A DNA stretch of 63,916 nt, counting the filler, from Octopus bimaculoides (Eukaryota): the NCBI RefSeq assembly GCF_001194135.2. It is 5 parts of 4 records of this genome, joined end to end, with 100 filler letters (N's around TTAATTAATTAA, not from the genome) between each part and the next. Parts side by side here need not be neighbours in the genome. Positions count along the whole stretch, not along the records: positions 5,475 to 31,385 come from NC_068983.1; positions 31,486 to 53,676 come from NC_068983.1; 3 more parts are not named here. One strand, given 5' to 3'. A model generated the notes under the pieces. That model saw only the letters and a list, made by a program, of their open reading frames with translations, had not been told where the DNA came from and searched no databases. Both the position numbers and the translations under genes were made by a program. Of the stretch, positions 25,320 to 37,223 are shown piece after piece (position 1 is the first letter of the stretch; each line of letters opens with the position of its first letter).

Positions 25320-25926
25320 GTTTAGCTTTCTTTCTTTCTTTCTTTCTTTCTTCATTATAACCATTATCAAGATCAGCATCATCATTATCATCATTGACAG
25401 TATCATGAACACCACCTCCACCACCACAACCATTATCATTACCATCATCCCCCCGCCTCCGCTGCCACCACCGCGGCCACCACCGCCAACACCACCATCA
25501 CAAACACCACCGCCACCACCACCACCACCACCACCCCTGTCCTATCACTANNNNNNNNNNNNNNNNNNNNNNNNNNNNNNNNNNNNNNNNNNNNNNNNNN
25601 NNNNNNNNNNNNNNNNNNNNNNNNNNNNNNNNNNNNNNNNNNNNNNNNNNNNNNNNNNNNNNNNNNNNNNNNNNNNNNNNNNNNNNNNNNNNNNNNNNNN
25701 NNNNNNNNNNNNNNNNNNNNNNNNNNNNNNNNNNNNNNNNNNNNNNNNNNNNNNNNNNNNNNNNNNNNNNNNNNNNNNNNNNNNNNNNNNNNNNNNNNNN
25801 NNNNNNNNNNNNNNNNNNNNNNNNNNNNNNNNNNNNNNNNNNNNNNNNNNNNNNNNNNNNNNNNNNNNNNNNNNNNNNNNNNNNNNNNNNNNNNNNNNNN
25901 NNNNNNNNNNNNNNNNNNNNNNNNNN

Positions 25927-25977
<51 letters not shown>

Positions 25978-26620
25978 ACATAGGCAGCAGCATGAAGCTA
26001 GCTTAAAAGTCCTATCGTTGATGTTCCGTATTTGTTGTCCATGTTACTGAAAGACCATCAGCCCGCCTCACCAACCCCTCCACTTTTACGTGTCGCTGCA
26101 TCCTGTAATGATTGCATGGAAGCCATATTACACTTGACAAAATTAGCTTCGTTAAAGCGTTCACTAATGTCTCTTTCTCTTCCTCTCTCTCCCTCTCTCT
26201 CTCCCTTTCACTCACTATCACTCTCTATCTCTACGCTTGCTCCACGATGCTGTTGTTTTTTTTGTTTTTATCCTTTAATGTTGTTGTTCTAGATGTTAAT
26301 GTTGATATCATTATGGATGTTGTTGTGGTTATTGTATTATTTTATATATTTTATATTCGTTATTTGTTTTTTTGTTTCGCTCGTTTTCTTTCTCATGTCA
26401 TTGTCGATTCTTCTCTCCTTCTCTTCCTCTTTCTCTATCTCCCTTTCCGTTGTTTTTCTCGCTCTCTCTTTGTCTCTCCGCCCTTCTTTCTCTCTCTCTC
26501 TCTCTTCATTACCCATGTTCATGTCAGTTCTTTCTCGTTATTGTTCTTGTTCTTACTGTTGTTTCTGGTATTGTTTCCTTTTTCACACTTCCTCCACGCC
26601 ATTTTTCACGTTGTTTTCGC

Positions 26621-26652
<32 letters not shown>

Positions 26653-27230
26653 CTTCTTCTTCTTCTTCTTCTTCTTCTTCTTCTTCTTCTTCTTCTTCTT
26701 CTTCTTCTTCTTCTTCTTCCTCGTGTCTTCGTTGTTTTCTTCTTCTTCCTCGTGTCTTCGTTGTTTTCTTCTTCTTCCACTATCGATACCACCACAACCA
26801 CCACCACCACCNNNNNNNNNNNNNNNNNNNNNNNNNNNNNNNNNNNNNNNNNNNNNNNNNNNNNNNNNNNNNNNNNNNNNNNNNNNNNNNNNNNNNNNNN
26901 NNNNNNNNNNNNNNNNNNNNNNNNNNNNNNNNNNNNNNNNNNNNNNNNNNNNNNNNNNNNNNNNNNNNNNNNNNNNNNNNNNNNNNNNNNNNNNNNNNNN
27001 NNNNNNNNNNNNNNNNNNNNNNNNNNNNNNNNNNNNNNNNNNNNNNNNNNNNNNNNNNNNNNNNNNNNNNNNNNNNNNNNNNNNNNNNNNNNNNNNNNNN
27101 NNNNNNNNNNNNNNNNNNNNNNNNNNNNNNNNNNNNNNNNNNNNCACCACACTGCTACCAGCACTACTAATCCATCTGCACGACGACAACCACCAATACC
27201 ACCACCACCACCACCACCACCACCACCGTA
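25320..27230. repeat. Low-complexity and trinucleotide region (CTTT, ATC, ACC, GTT, CTT) with two gaps
   Basis: Triplet and CT-rich runs; includes a 29-bp duplication cctcgtgtcttcgttgttttcttcttctt at about 26719-26776. Confidence 0.85.
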
Positions 27231-27640
27231 TGTTTCCCTTTCTAACTTCGTCTATAACGTCGGCTTTCGTTTTGGGTTCAAACCCGCAACATTGGTATTG
27301 AGTGTCGCTTTGTGTTTAGACGGAGGAGTCAAACTAAAGGGGAGAGGGGATGTTTCACACGGACGAGTTCATTCTTCAGTTTTTCAAGCTTGGGAAATGT
27401 GTCAAGACAAAGGAAAGGAGAAACACCAGAATTTTGACAAAATCATAAAATCATTGATTAAAAAACAAAACAAAAAAACACTGACCAATCTTGTCTCTGC
27501 GAACAACGGTCAGGCATCAGATGTCGCAAAGTCACGTGATATTTAGATTTCACGCCTCTCTAAGTCACCATTTTGGCGGTGGTGGTGGTGGGCTTTGTGT
27601 TTCATGTCTGATAGAACTTGGTAAAAGAAGAACGACACAG

Positions 27641-27677
<37 letters not shown>

Positions 27678-27761
27678 CGGATGAAGAGATGGAGAGAGAA
27701 AGAAGAGAGAGAGAAGAATAGATAGACAGAAAGAGAAAAAGAAGTGAGGAAGGAAGAGAGT

Positions 27762-27793
<32 letters not shown>

Positions 27794-28265
27794 TGGGAGA
27801 GATAGATAGATAAAACCAAAAATTGCGTAAGGTAGGCGAAAGTCTTCTTATTCTGGCTTAAAGAGATAAGGATTATTATGGCTTCCGATATTAGTGAGAA
27901 GGAAGGAGGAAGCTGTTTGCAAATTGGAAATCTGGTTTAATTGCTGGCACCAGAGTTGACTCTGCTAAAGGCACTCAAGGCCCAGGTGGCAGTGTTAAGC
28001 CGGATAATGGATTAAGTCTATCGCCAAAGTAAGCCATGGTGGGATTTGAACACAGAACGCAAAGAACTCTAACAAATTCTAAAACGTATGCAGTATCGGT
28101 TCTCGACAATTTTAAAAAAAAAATCTCTGAACCCCTTTGGTTCCTATTTTCCTTAATCGAACCCCCATAGCCATTCGATGCTAAAAAAACAATCCTCTTT
28201 TATTTTTTATAATGGTATATTAGCAATTGTATAAAAATAAAATGTTAAATTATTTTGAACATTGG

Positions 28266-28680
28266 CAGAAGGTGATCTGGCAAAGTCGTTAGCACGCCAT
28301 GCGTTCTTTCGTCTGTCTTTACGTTTTGTGTTCAAATTCCACCGAGGCTGACTTTTCCTTTTTATCCTTTCGGGGTCGACAAATTAAGTACCAGTTGCGT
28401 ACTGGGTGTCAATCTTATTGACTGGCCCCTCCCCCAAAATTTCGGGCCTTGTGCCTGGAGTAGAAAATAAGGCGGTGAGCTGGCAGAACCGTTAGCACGC
28501 CGGACGAGATGCTTAGCGGTATTTCGTCTGTCTTTACGTTCAGAGTTCAAGTTCCACCGAGGTTGACTTATCCTTTCGGGGTCGACAAATTAAGTACCAG
28601 TTGCATACTTGGGTCGATCTAATCGACTGGCCCCCTCCCCCATAATTTCGGGCCTTGTGCCTAAAGTAGAAAAGAATATT
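28266..28680 (+). mobile_element. Head-to-tail dimer of SINE family A (about 28266-28468 and 28469-28680)
   Basis: Two consecutive head-body-tail units ending gggccttgtgcct..agtagaaaa. Confidence 0.9.
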
Positions 28681-28714
28681 TTATGTATCGTAGAAATATA
28701 TTCTTTTTCCTTTC

Positions 28715-28856
28715 CTTTTTTTTCACGTTTCAGTCATTTGACTGTGGCCATGCTGGTGCACCGCCTTTTTAGTCGAACAAACCGACCCCAGAACTTATTC
28801 TCTGTAAGCCTAGTAATTATTCTATCGGTGTCTTTTGCCGAACCGCTAAGTTACGG
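28715..28856 (-). mobile_element. SINE family B, 3' half
   Basis: tttcagtcatttgactgtggccatgctgg...ttttgccgaaccgctaagttacgg, nearly identical to 15070-15200. Confidence 0.85.
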
Positions 28857-29101
28857 NNNNNNNNNNNNNNNNNNNNNNNNNNNNNNNNNNNNNNNNNNNN
28901 NNNNNNNNNNNNNNNNNNNNNNNNNNNNNNNNNNNNNNNNNNNNNNNNNNNNNNNNNNNNNNNNNNNNNNNNNNNNNNNNNNNNNNNNNNNNNNNNNNNN
29001 NNNATAAAAAAATAAAAAGAAGAAAGAATATAGGCAATTTATTACACAAATTTTAGCAACAAAATCTTATAAGGGCTCCCTAGGGGCCATATTGACCCCG
29101 A

Positions 29102-29114
29102 TTGAGAACCACTG
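29102..29114 (-). mobile_element. Isolated hAT-MITE-like terminal sequence (cagtggttctcaa)
   Basis: ttgagaaccactg; the partner TIR was not seen and may lie in the adjacent gap. Confidence 0.3.
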
Positions 29115-29226
29115 ATGTATATAGTTTACTAATACCTTTCTCGTAACTCGAGTTTCACGGCACTATATCTGCTCTTAGTAAACCGTTCTTGTATTTTTTT
29201 TTATATAAGCAGCCAACTTGTTATAA

Positions 29227-29427
29227 AGGCGCAGGCGTGGCTGTGAGGTAAGAAGCTAGGCGCAGGCGTAGCTGTGTGGTAAGGCGCTTGCTTCCCAACC
29301 ACATGGTTCTGGGTTCAGTCCCAGTGGCACCTTGGGCAGGTATCTTTTACTATAGCCTCGGGCCGACCAAAGCTTTGTGAGTGGATTTAGAAGACGGAAT
29401 CTGAAAGAAGGCCGTCGTATATATATA
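29227..29427 (+). mobile_element. SINE family B, 5' half with a tandemly duplicated 31-nt head, interrupted at its internal (TA)n by a Tc1-like element
   Basis: aggcgcaggcgtggctgtgaggtaagaagct followed by aggcgcaggcgtagctgtgtggtaag..., then the CORE-like region and gaaagaaggccgtcgtatatatata. Confidence 0.85.
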
Positions 29428-29880
29428 CACGGGTTGAACAAAATAATGGAAACACCTTAAAATTTCAAACAAATTTATTTTAATATGGGGTAGGGGCGCC
29501 TTTGGCAGTAATTACAGCTTGAATTCTACGAGGTATGGACTCGTACAAAGTTTGAATTGTTTCCAAAGGTATTTTTGTCCATTCTTCAGCTAAAACAGTC
29601 TTCTGTTCTTGTAGCGATGATGGTGGAGGATATCGACTCCTTACTTGTTTTTCTAAAATGCACCATAAATGTTCAATAATATTGAGATCTGGGGACTGTG
29701 GAGGCCAAACAAAATGTCCAACTTCACTAGAATATTCCTCGTGCCATTCAGTAACAACATTAGCTGTGTGAATTGGTGCATTATCAACCTGAAAGATTGC
29801 GTTTCCCTCCGGAAACAATTCCGCAACCATAGGATGAATTTGATCAGATAAAATGCTTAAATAGTCTTGGCTATTAATAT
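29428..29880 (-). mobile_element. Tc1-like transposon 3' remnant, D36E spacing
   Basis: TA-cacgggttgaacaaaataatggaaacacc TIR; peptide INSQDYLSILSDQIHPMV...FQVDNAPIH...WPPQSPDLNIIEHLW...SIPRRIQAVITAKGAPTPY*. Confidence 0.9.
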
Positions 29881-29884
29881 ATAT

Positions 29885-30905
29885 ATATATCAGATGGATT
29901 ATTTTCACCCTGGTTTTCGCTAGTTCATTTGCAAGTGTGACGCAATGACGAACAGAAACGGAGAGAGCGAGTCTCCCTGAATGATGCCCCTCCATATTTT
30001 CATACTTCCCAATGACTCACTTCTGTATTTTAGTTCCATTTCTCATTGCTTTTTAAAAAAATGTTTATTTTGCTCATTGACTTCGAACATCCTCAGCCAC
30101 TTCAAGAGTCAACAGTGTGGTATGTTATCATATGCTTTCCTGTAAACTATCCAACGACCCTTAAGTTCTTAGAGTTCTTCTTTCTTAAAAATTGTTTCTT
30201 TCTTATTCGTCCCTCATTTATTATCCTACTAGCAATAGTTCCCCTTGATTTCTTTCTGCATAAGTTTTGCTCTTCTGGCAATAAATTCTCCTTCTTTAGA
30301 AAACTATACAGTTCATTTGCTACGAGGTCAGTTAATAATTTCCATTGTAACGATAAAAATTTAATAGGTCCCTAATTACTGACTTCGCTTCCCTTATCTT
30401 TGTCCTTTTGTATTAGCATTGTTTTCCCTTTTCTCACCCATGTTGGTGCTCCATTTTCTATACAACCAGCATATAAATAAATAAATAAATTAAAACGATT
30501 GTAGCTGGTTTTGTATACTTGTAACATTGTTGAACCTGAATCCCGGAACACGATCTCGTCCGGAGGTTTTCTAGTTTGGTATTTCTAAAAGCCATCTTTT
30601 TTCATTTTCTCTTCTGTAATATTTAATATTTATATTTTCTTGTCTTGACCTATTTTCCATTCCAATTTTAATTTTCCGTAACCAGTTCACTTCTATATTA
30701 TACTGAATGTCTATACTCTAAACAATCTAACAAAAGTCCTTTGCTACTTCGGTATCTAGCGCATCATTCGCTTTGATGCCCAGTCTCATTGTTCCGTTGT
30801 TGGTAAAATTTGCTTTGATTTTTCTGAAGAACCTATTCTGCTGATATTGATTTATTTCTTGTTAGTATCTAGGTTGATATTATGTCTGATCTCTTCTTTG
30901 GCTAC
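29885..30905 (-). pseudogene. Decayed reverse transcriptase of an R4/Dong-like non-LTR retrotransposon
   Basis: My minus-strand translation across stops and frameshifts gives INQYQQNRFF..QSKFY, PN*KTSGRD, KGKTMLIQKD..SN*GPI..WKLLT..LLPEEQ, WIVYRKAYDNIPH, RGIIQGDSLSPFLF and KIIHLIY, ending at the YxDD position. Confidence 0.85.
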
Positions 30906-30923
30906 CTGTAACGCTCTATCTCA

Positions 30924-30988
<65 letters not shown>

Positions 30989-31502
30989 GAAAGAATAGCA
31001 CCGGGCTAAATAACAACATGGATGTGCTACACCGGGCTCCCTATACAAAAACATATCTAATCCAATAACATCGATGGAATTAGCCAAAAGAACCGGTGGA
31101 AGATTTGAAGGAAGCGGTCTTTTAACGAAGATAATTTTTTTAAGAATATTTTTTATTCTTAAAAAATGAAATTTCACTGCAATACAAAGCACAGGACCTC
31201 CTATGCACGATGTCTCAATGAAACACGTGCGATCACACACGCAAAACCAACACCGGAAAGTTTACAAACTATATAAAAAAAAAGAAATGGAACAAAATAG
31301 TAAGTACATATATTGAATAATTACGCATACACTTGAACGTGTACACAATGATATATACGTTTTGATACCCATAGAACTACACATGNNNNNNNNNNNNNNN
31401 NNNNNNNNNNNNNNNNNNNNNNNNNNNNNTTAATTAATTAANNNNNNNNNNNNNNNNNNNNNNNNNNNNNNNNNNNNNNNNNNNNTATATATATATATAT
31501 AT

Positions 31503-31672
31503 ATCCTTTTCTACTCTGGACGCAAGGCCCGAAATTTGGGGGGAGGGGGCCAGTCGATTAGATCGACCCTAGTACGCAACTGGTACTTAATTTATCGACC
31601 CCGAAAGAATGAAAGGCAAAACCGACCTCGGCGGAATTTGAACTCAGAACGTAAAGACACGAAATACCGAGA
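31503..31672 (-). mobile_element. SINE family A
   Basis: Revcomp of the tail, body and partial head (aactggtacttaatttatcgaccccgaaag...ggaatttgaactcagaacg). Confidence 0.85.
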
Positions 31673-31834
31673 TCCAGAGATTCTCCGTAGATTCCGATGT
31701 CTTTACAGGGAATCCTTCCACAAGGTAAAGAAAGGCCATAAGAGGAATCAAGTTAAACATTTAATATATTTGATGTGCATAATTATCTCTCTATATGTGT
31801 GTGCGCGCGCCCGCATTTGTGCATGTGTGTGAGT

Positions 31835-32187
31835 TCGCGTCTGTGTTTGTCCCCCAACTACCACCGTTTGACAACCTGTTTGGTGTATTTGCATCCCTTT
31901 AACTTAGCGGTTCGACAAAACAGACCGATAGAATAAGTACCAGGATTTTAAAAAAAGTCCTGGGGCCTAAAATTTCAAGTCGGTGCTCCAGGATGGCCGC
32001 AGTCTAATGCTTGAAACAAGTAAAAAAATATCTAGACCCAATTTCTGTCTATCAATTTCACTCAAAAGGCATTGGCTAGTCCGGGGTCAAAAGCAAAATA
32101 CATCTGCACAAGGTGCCACGTAGTGGGACAGAACCCGAAACCACGTGATTTGGAAACAAACTTCTCACTACACAGCCACGCCTGTAC
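31835..32187. mobile_element. SINE family B 3' half (+, about 31835-32020) abutting a family B 5' half (-, about 32045-32187)
   Basis: ttgacaacc...aacttagcggttcgac...ggtgctccaggatggccgcagtc, then caaggtgccacgtagtgggacagaaccc...ctacacagccacgcc. Confidence 0.75.
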
Positions 32188-33551
32188 CTTGTATTTGTAT
32201 ATGTTTTCTTCTATTTTTAATTATTTGGGAACTTCCTGTAAGGAAGGGGCTTGTTTGTAACTAAGATAGATTTCTTTATTTAACCATACAGGGCTTAATA
32301 CAGAGGGAACAATAAAATGTAGAATTTTTCTTTTTCGAAATCGATCAAAAGGGATCGAAAAACGAGACGTTTTGGGGGCGTGTACGCAAATAGATAACAA
32401 GGTGGCGTTGTTTTTTTTTAACAATTTGAATTCCCAAAATGGGGTGGCGGGGATATAACACTGACTAGAGTTATCCGTAGAAAGAAAAACCTATGAAAAA
32501 TAACCACGGTAACCTCGGCAAAAGGAAAAATCTATGAGAGCGAAGTGCCCTCTCACTTTTTGTTTGTTTTAACAAAGATAGAAAACTCCATAGCTGGAAT
32601 ATAGATTACAAAAATCACGTCACATTTTGCACTTAAAAAAAGGCTTGCATATCTTTACTTTTCTACTTACAGATTGTTTTTGTGATGTGTGTGTTAGCTG
32701 GTTGACTTTTTTATTCTGATAACCCTATCTTGACCAGATTGTCACTTTGGCATTTACTCACGAAACTGAGAGGACTATTTATTATTGGTATGAAAATCTA
32801 ATATATGTATGCATATATCTATGATGAACATATGTATGCATGTATGTATATACGTAGAAATTCATGTATGTATATATGTATGTATGATTGTATGTATGTA
32901 TAATGTACATGTCATATGTATGTATGATGTACATATGTATGCATGTATGAACATATGAATGTATGTATGCATTTGAGTGCATACACACTCACATATACAT
33001 ACACACACATGTATGCATGTATGAGTGTGGATGTCTGTGAACATTGTTATTTTATTTGTTTTCCTTTAAAGAAAGAAAAAACAGTGGTTATGGCCCCATT
33101 CAATGCCTCATAGCAGTTGGGAGGAAGAGAAGTACGATGGGGCCCGAATGCTTGCAACAGAGTCGCCCCTGTTACAGACACCCGGAGACTAGGGTGGCGG
33201 TGTTAAAACGGGCGACAGATTAAATCTACCATCCTTCTGTTTAACAACAGTATCACCACCACCACCAACAACACCAGCAACAACAACAACAACATGAACA
33301 AAAGCAATAATAATAATAAAAACCCAAACAAGGCCAAACAAAAGGCAAACAAGAAAACATCCGTCTTAAAACATGATGGTGCATCAGTGATCATTAATAC
33401 GTAACATGAAATTGGTATTGAAACCTTATACCGTGTTGTTTAATGGAGTGGATTAGAGCTGAACACGTAAGGAGTGTGACAATGGGGGGTGGGTTGCAGC
33501 GGCGGCAATGGCGGCGGTGGTGGCGACGGCGGTGGCAGCGGCAGCAGCAGC

Positions 33552-33623
33552 GGCGGCAGCAGCGGCGGCAGCAGCGGCGGCAGCAGCGGCGGCAGCAGCG
33601 GCGGCAGCAGCGGCGGCAGCAGC
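33552..33623. repeat. GC-rich 12-bp tandem repeat (ggcggcagcagc x6)
   Basis: Six exact units embedded in GGC/GCA/GTG triplet runs. Confidence 0.95.
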
Positions 33624-33913
33624 GGTGATGATGGTTTTTGTCGTGGAATGGTGTTGGTGGTGGTAGTAGTTGACAGTGGTGAGGGTCAGTGTGTGTGAGT
33701 GTGCATGTGTTTGTGTGAGTGCGTGCGAGGAAAGAGGCAGGATGATTCTTATGGTGATAGTGTAGTGGTGGTGGTGGTGGTGGTGGTGGTTTTGGTTGTA
33801 GGGAAGATGGTTGAATGGCTGTATGCGTATGAGGTGGTGATGGAGGGTCTTAGTAAGATGGCAAAGAGTGTCGGTGGAAAGGGTCAAATAATTCCGATAT
33901 TGTATTCATAGGG

Positions 33914-33927
33914 TAATAATAATAATG

Positions 33928-33988
<61 letters not shown>

Positions 33989-34037
33989 TAATAATAATAA
34001 TAATAACAATAATAATAATAATAATAATAACAACAAC

Positions 34038-34090
<53 letters not shown>

Positions 34091-34166
34091 TAATAATAAT
34101 AATAACAACAATAATAATAATAACAATAATCATAATAATAATAATAATAATAACAACAACAATAAC

Positions 34167-34228
<62 letters not shown>

Positions 34229-34230
34229 TA
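33914..34230. repeat. (ATA)n with interspersed ACA
   Basis: About 315-nt trinucleotide tract. Confidence 0.95.
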
Positions 34231-35292
34231 AACAGAGGTGGGGGTGGGGAAATGTTATTAAAGCATTCATTACTAGTTGTCAGGAGCCGACAAGCAGGTG
34301 TTGCGACCAAAGCAACAACACCAGCAACAGCAACAATAAAAATAATAATAATAACAATAACAAGAGAAGCAAATAATAACGACGGCAAACAAATAACAAT
34401 AACAAAGATAACAAGAAAACACCCTGTGAAGACACATGTCAGAGGGAGACCCTATCAGACGTGGTCCCCTGAACTCTGTCAGCGTAGACGACATTGCAAA
34501 CTGATGACATCGTCTTCGTCACCACCACCACCACCACCACCACCACCATCACAGTTCTCTTCTTCGTCTTCGCCACCGCCGCCATCGTCACTATTGCCTT
34601 CATCGTCATCGTCCTCCTCCTCATCATCATCATCATTGTCGTCGTCGTCACCGCCATTATTACCACCAGCAAAGACAGCACAAACGTCACCAACAACATC
34701 ACTGCAAACAAATACAGCCACCACCACAAACAGAAATATACTACCACCAATACCATAGCCACGAACGCACACACCACCATTACCATTGTCCCCCATCATC
34801 ACACCAATCACTACCATCATCATCATCATCATCATCACTACCATAACCGGAAATGCGACTACCACCATCAACATCACTTTAACGATTGGTATCAACCTCA
34901 CTGCCACCTGGTGCCAACTAGCGATATTTTATGTAGGTCGTTCCACCTAAAAGATATAGCAGCTAAATATACCTCATTTCATACCTAGATGTTTAAAGCA
35001 GTAAGAACACGTGGGATAAACTAGTCCTTGAGGTATATATCTACAACATTTACATATATACTAAATTCCTAAGGCAGTGGAAATACCATAAAAGCTTGGT
35101 GTATAAGCAAATATATCGATGATGGAACAACCGTTGCTTTTGAATCTAGTCCCTTCTTTATAAAAACGAAGCCATATGTGCATAATCGCGTGTGTATATG
35201 AAATACACGCAGAAAGACACACATATACCTACATAAACAATAATGAAGCAGGACATTCTTGTGTAATAAAGCCACTTGCACATATATATATC

Positions 35293-35355
<63 letters not shown>

Positions 35356-36054
35356 NNNNNNNNNNNNNNNNNNNNNNNNNNNNNNNNNNNNNNNNNNNNN
35401 NNNNNNNNNNNNNNNNNNNNNNNNNNNNNNNNNNNNNNNNNNNNNNNNNNNNNNNNNNNNNNNNNNNNNNNNNNNNNNNNNNNNNNNNNNNNNNNNNNNN
35501 NNNNNNNNNNNNNNNNNNNNNNNNNNNNNNNNNNNNNNNNNNNNNNNNNNNNNNNNNNNNNNNNNNNNNNNNNNNNNNNNNNNNNNNNNNNNNNNNNNNN
35601 NNNNNNNNNNNNNNNNNNNNNNNNNNNNNNNNNNNNNNNNNNNNNNNNNNNNNNNNNNNNNNNNNNNNNNNNNNNNNNNNNNNNNNNNNNNNNNNNNNNN
35701 NNNNNNNNNNNNNNNNNNNNNNNNNNNNNNNNNNNNNNNNNNNNNNNNNNNNNNNNNNNNNNNNNNNNNNNNNNNNNNNNNNNNNNNNNNNNNNNNNNNN
35801 NNNNNNNNNNNNNNNNNNNNNNNNNNNNNNNNNNNNNNNNNNNNNNNNNNNNNNNNNNNNNNNNNNNNNNNNNNNNNNNNNNNNNNNNNNNNNNNNNNNN
35901 NNNNNNNNNNNNNNNNNNNNNNNNNNNNNNNNNNNNNNNNNNNNNNNNNNNNNNNNNNNNNNNNNNNNNNNNNNNNNNNNNNNNNNNNNNNNNNNNNNNN
36001 NNNNNNNNNNNNNNNNNNNNNNNNNNNNNNNNNNNNNNNNNNNNNATATATATA

Positions 36055-37223
36055 TTAGGTTGGCAAATAAGTTCCCGCCGTTTTTTTTTAAATTTAAATT
36101 TCTTAAAAGGTTTAATAATAAAAATAAAAACTAATCAATCAATAATGTGTTCACCCTTGTTGTTTTTTACAACTTCGTCCCAACGTTCAACAAGATTTTC
36201 AATACCTCGGTAGAAATCACCCACTCGAAAAATTCATCCAACCAAGCTCTCAATTCTGCGTCAATATTGAACGAAACTCCGCGCATAACATTTGAAAGAG
36301 ATCGAAAGAGGTGGAAATCCGTTGGGGCCAAATCAGGAGAGTACGGCGGGTGTGGCAGCGCTTCCCAGCCATGCGTTTGAATGGCTTCCTTGATCATATT
36401 GGCGATATGAGGGCGGGCGTTGTCGTGCAGCAGAAGAATCCCCATGCTGTCGATTAGGTCTTTTCTCTTGAATAGCCGTGTTGGATCGTTCCAACTATTG
36501 AATGAAGAGTTCCGCGTTGACCGTTTGGTTCTGTACAAGCAATTCGTAATGGATAATCCCTTCCCAGTCCCACCATACGTACATCATTTTACGCGGATGA
36601 AGATCTTGTTTCACGCGCGGTGTCGCTTGTTTACCAGGGCTAAGCCATTCCTTACGCTGCTTCATATTGATGTACAGGCACCATTTATCGTCGCCAGTAA
36701 CGTTTCGGTAAAGAAATCGTTACTTGTGTCCATGAGGTGATGAGCAAGCAAACCAGCGGAGATTATGGCTCGTTGATTTTTGTTGTTATCACTTAAAGCA
36801 TGCAGAACCCATGCTCTATACTTCTGAACCTTTCCCATCGAGTAAAGATGCTTCTCTATAGCAGCGTGGGAGCATTCCATTTTCTCTGCCAGTTTCCTTG
36901 TCGTTTGACGAGAATTTTCGCGCAAAAGTTGGTTTAATCGTTCTCCATTGAACTCAACAGGACAGCCAGAACGAGGTGCATCTTTGAGGTCAAAATTTCC
37001 ATTTTTGAACTTGGCATACCAATCACGAGCGGTTTTTTCTGCTATGGCACCCTCTCCATACACAGCACATATGTTGCGAGCAGCTTTTGCGACCTTAGAA
37101 CCTTGATTAAAAGCAAAAATGAGGAGGTGTCGAAAATTCTCGTTTTTCTTAACTTGACATTCCATTTTAATGATCAGAAAATAAGCAAAAATTAACTAAA
37201 ATTAACTAGGAAACAGAAAGAAA
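36055..37223 (-). mobile_element. Near full-length mariner (DD34D) element with an inactivated transposase
   Basis: TA-ttaggttggcaaataagttcc TIR at 36055; reading frames give HTH FKNGNFDLKDAPRSG, WVLHAL (WVPHEL-like), VTGDDKW, HDNARPH and HPPYSPDLAPTDF (D34D); frameshifts and a TAG stop; the other end lies in the gap. Confidence 0.95.

Noticed and set aside
29480-29995. 171-aa ORF as an intact transposase gene
   Set aside because: It lacks the DNA-binding domain and the first catalytic D; its N-terminus derives from LINE sequence.
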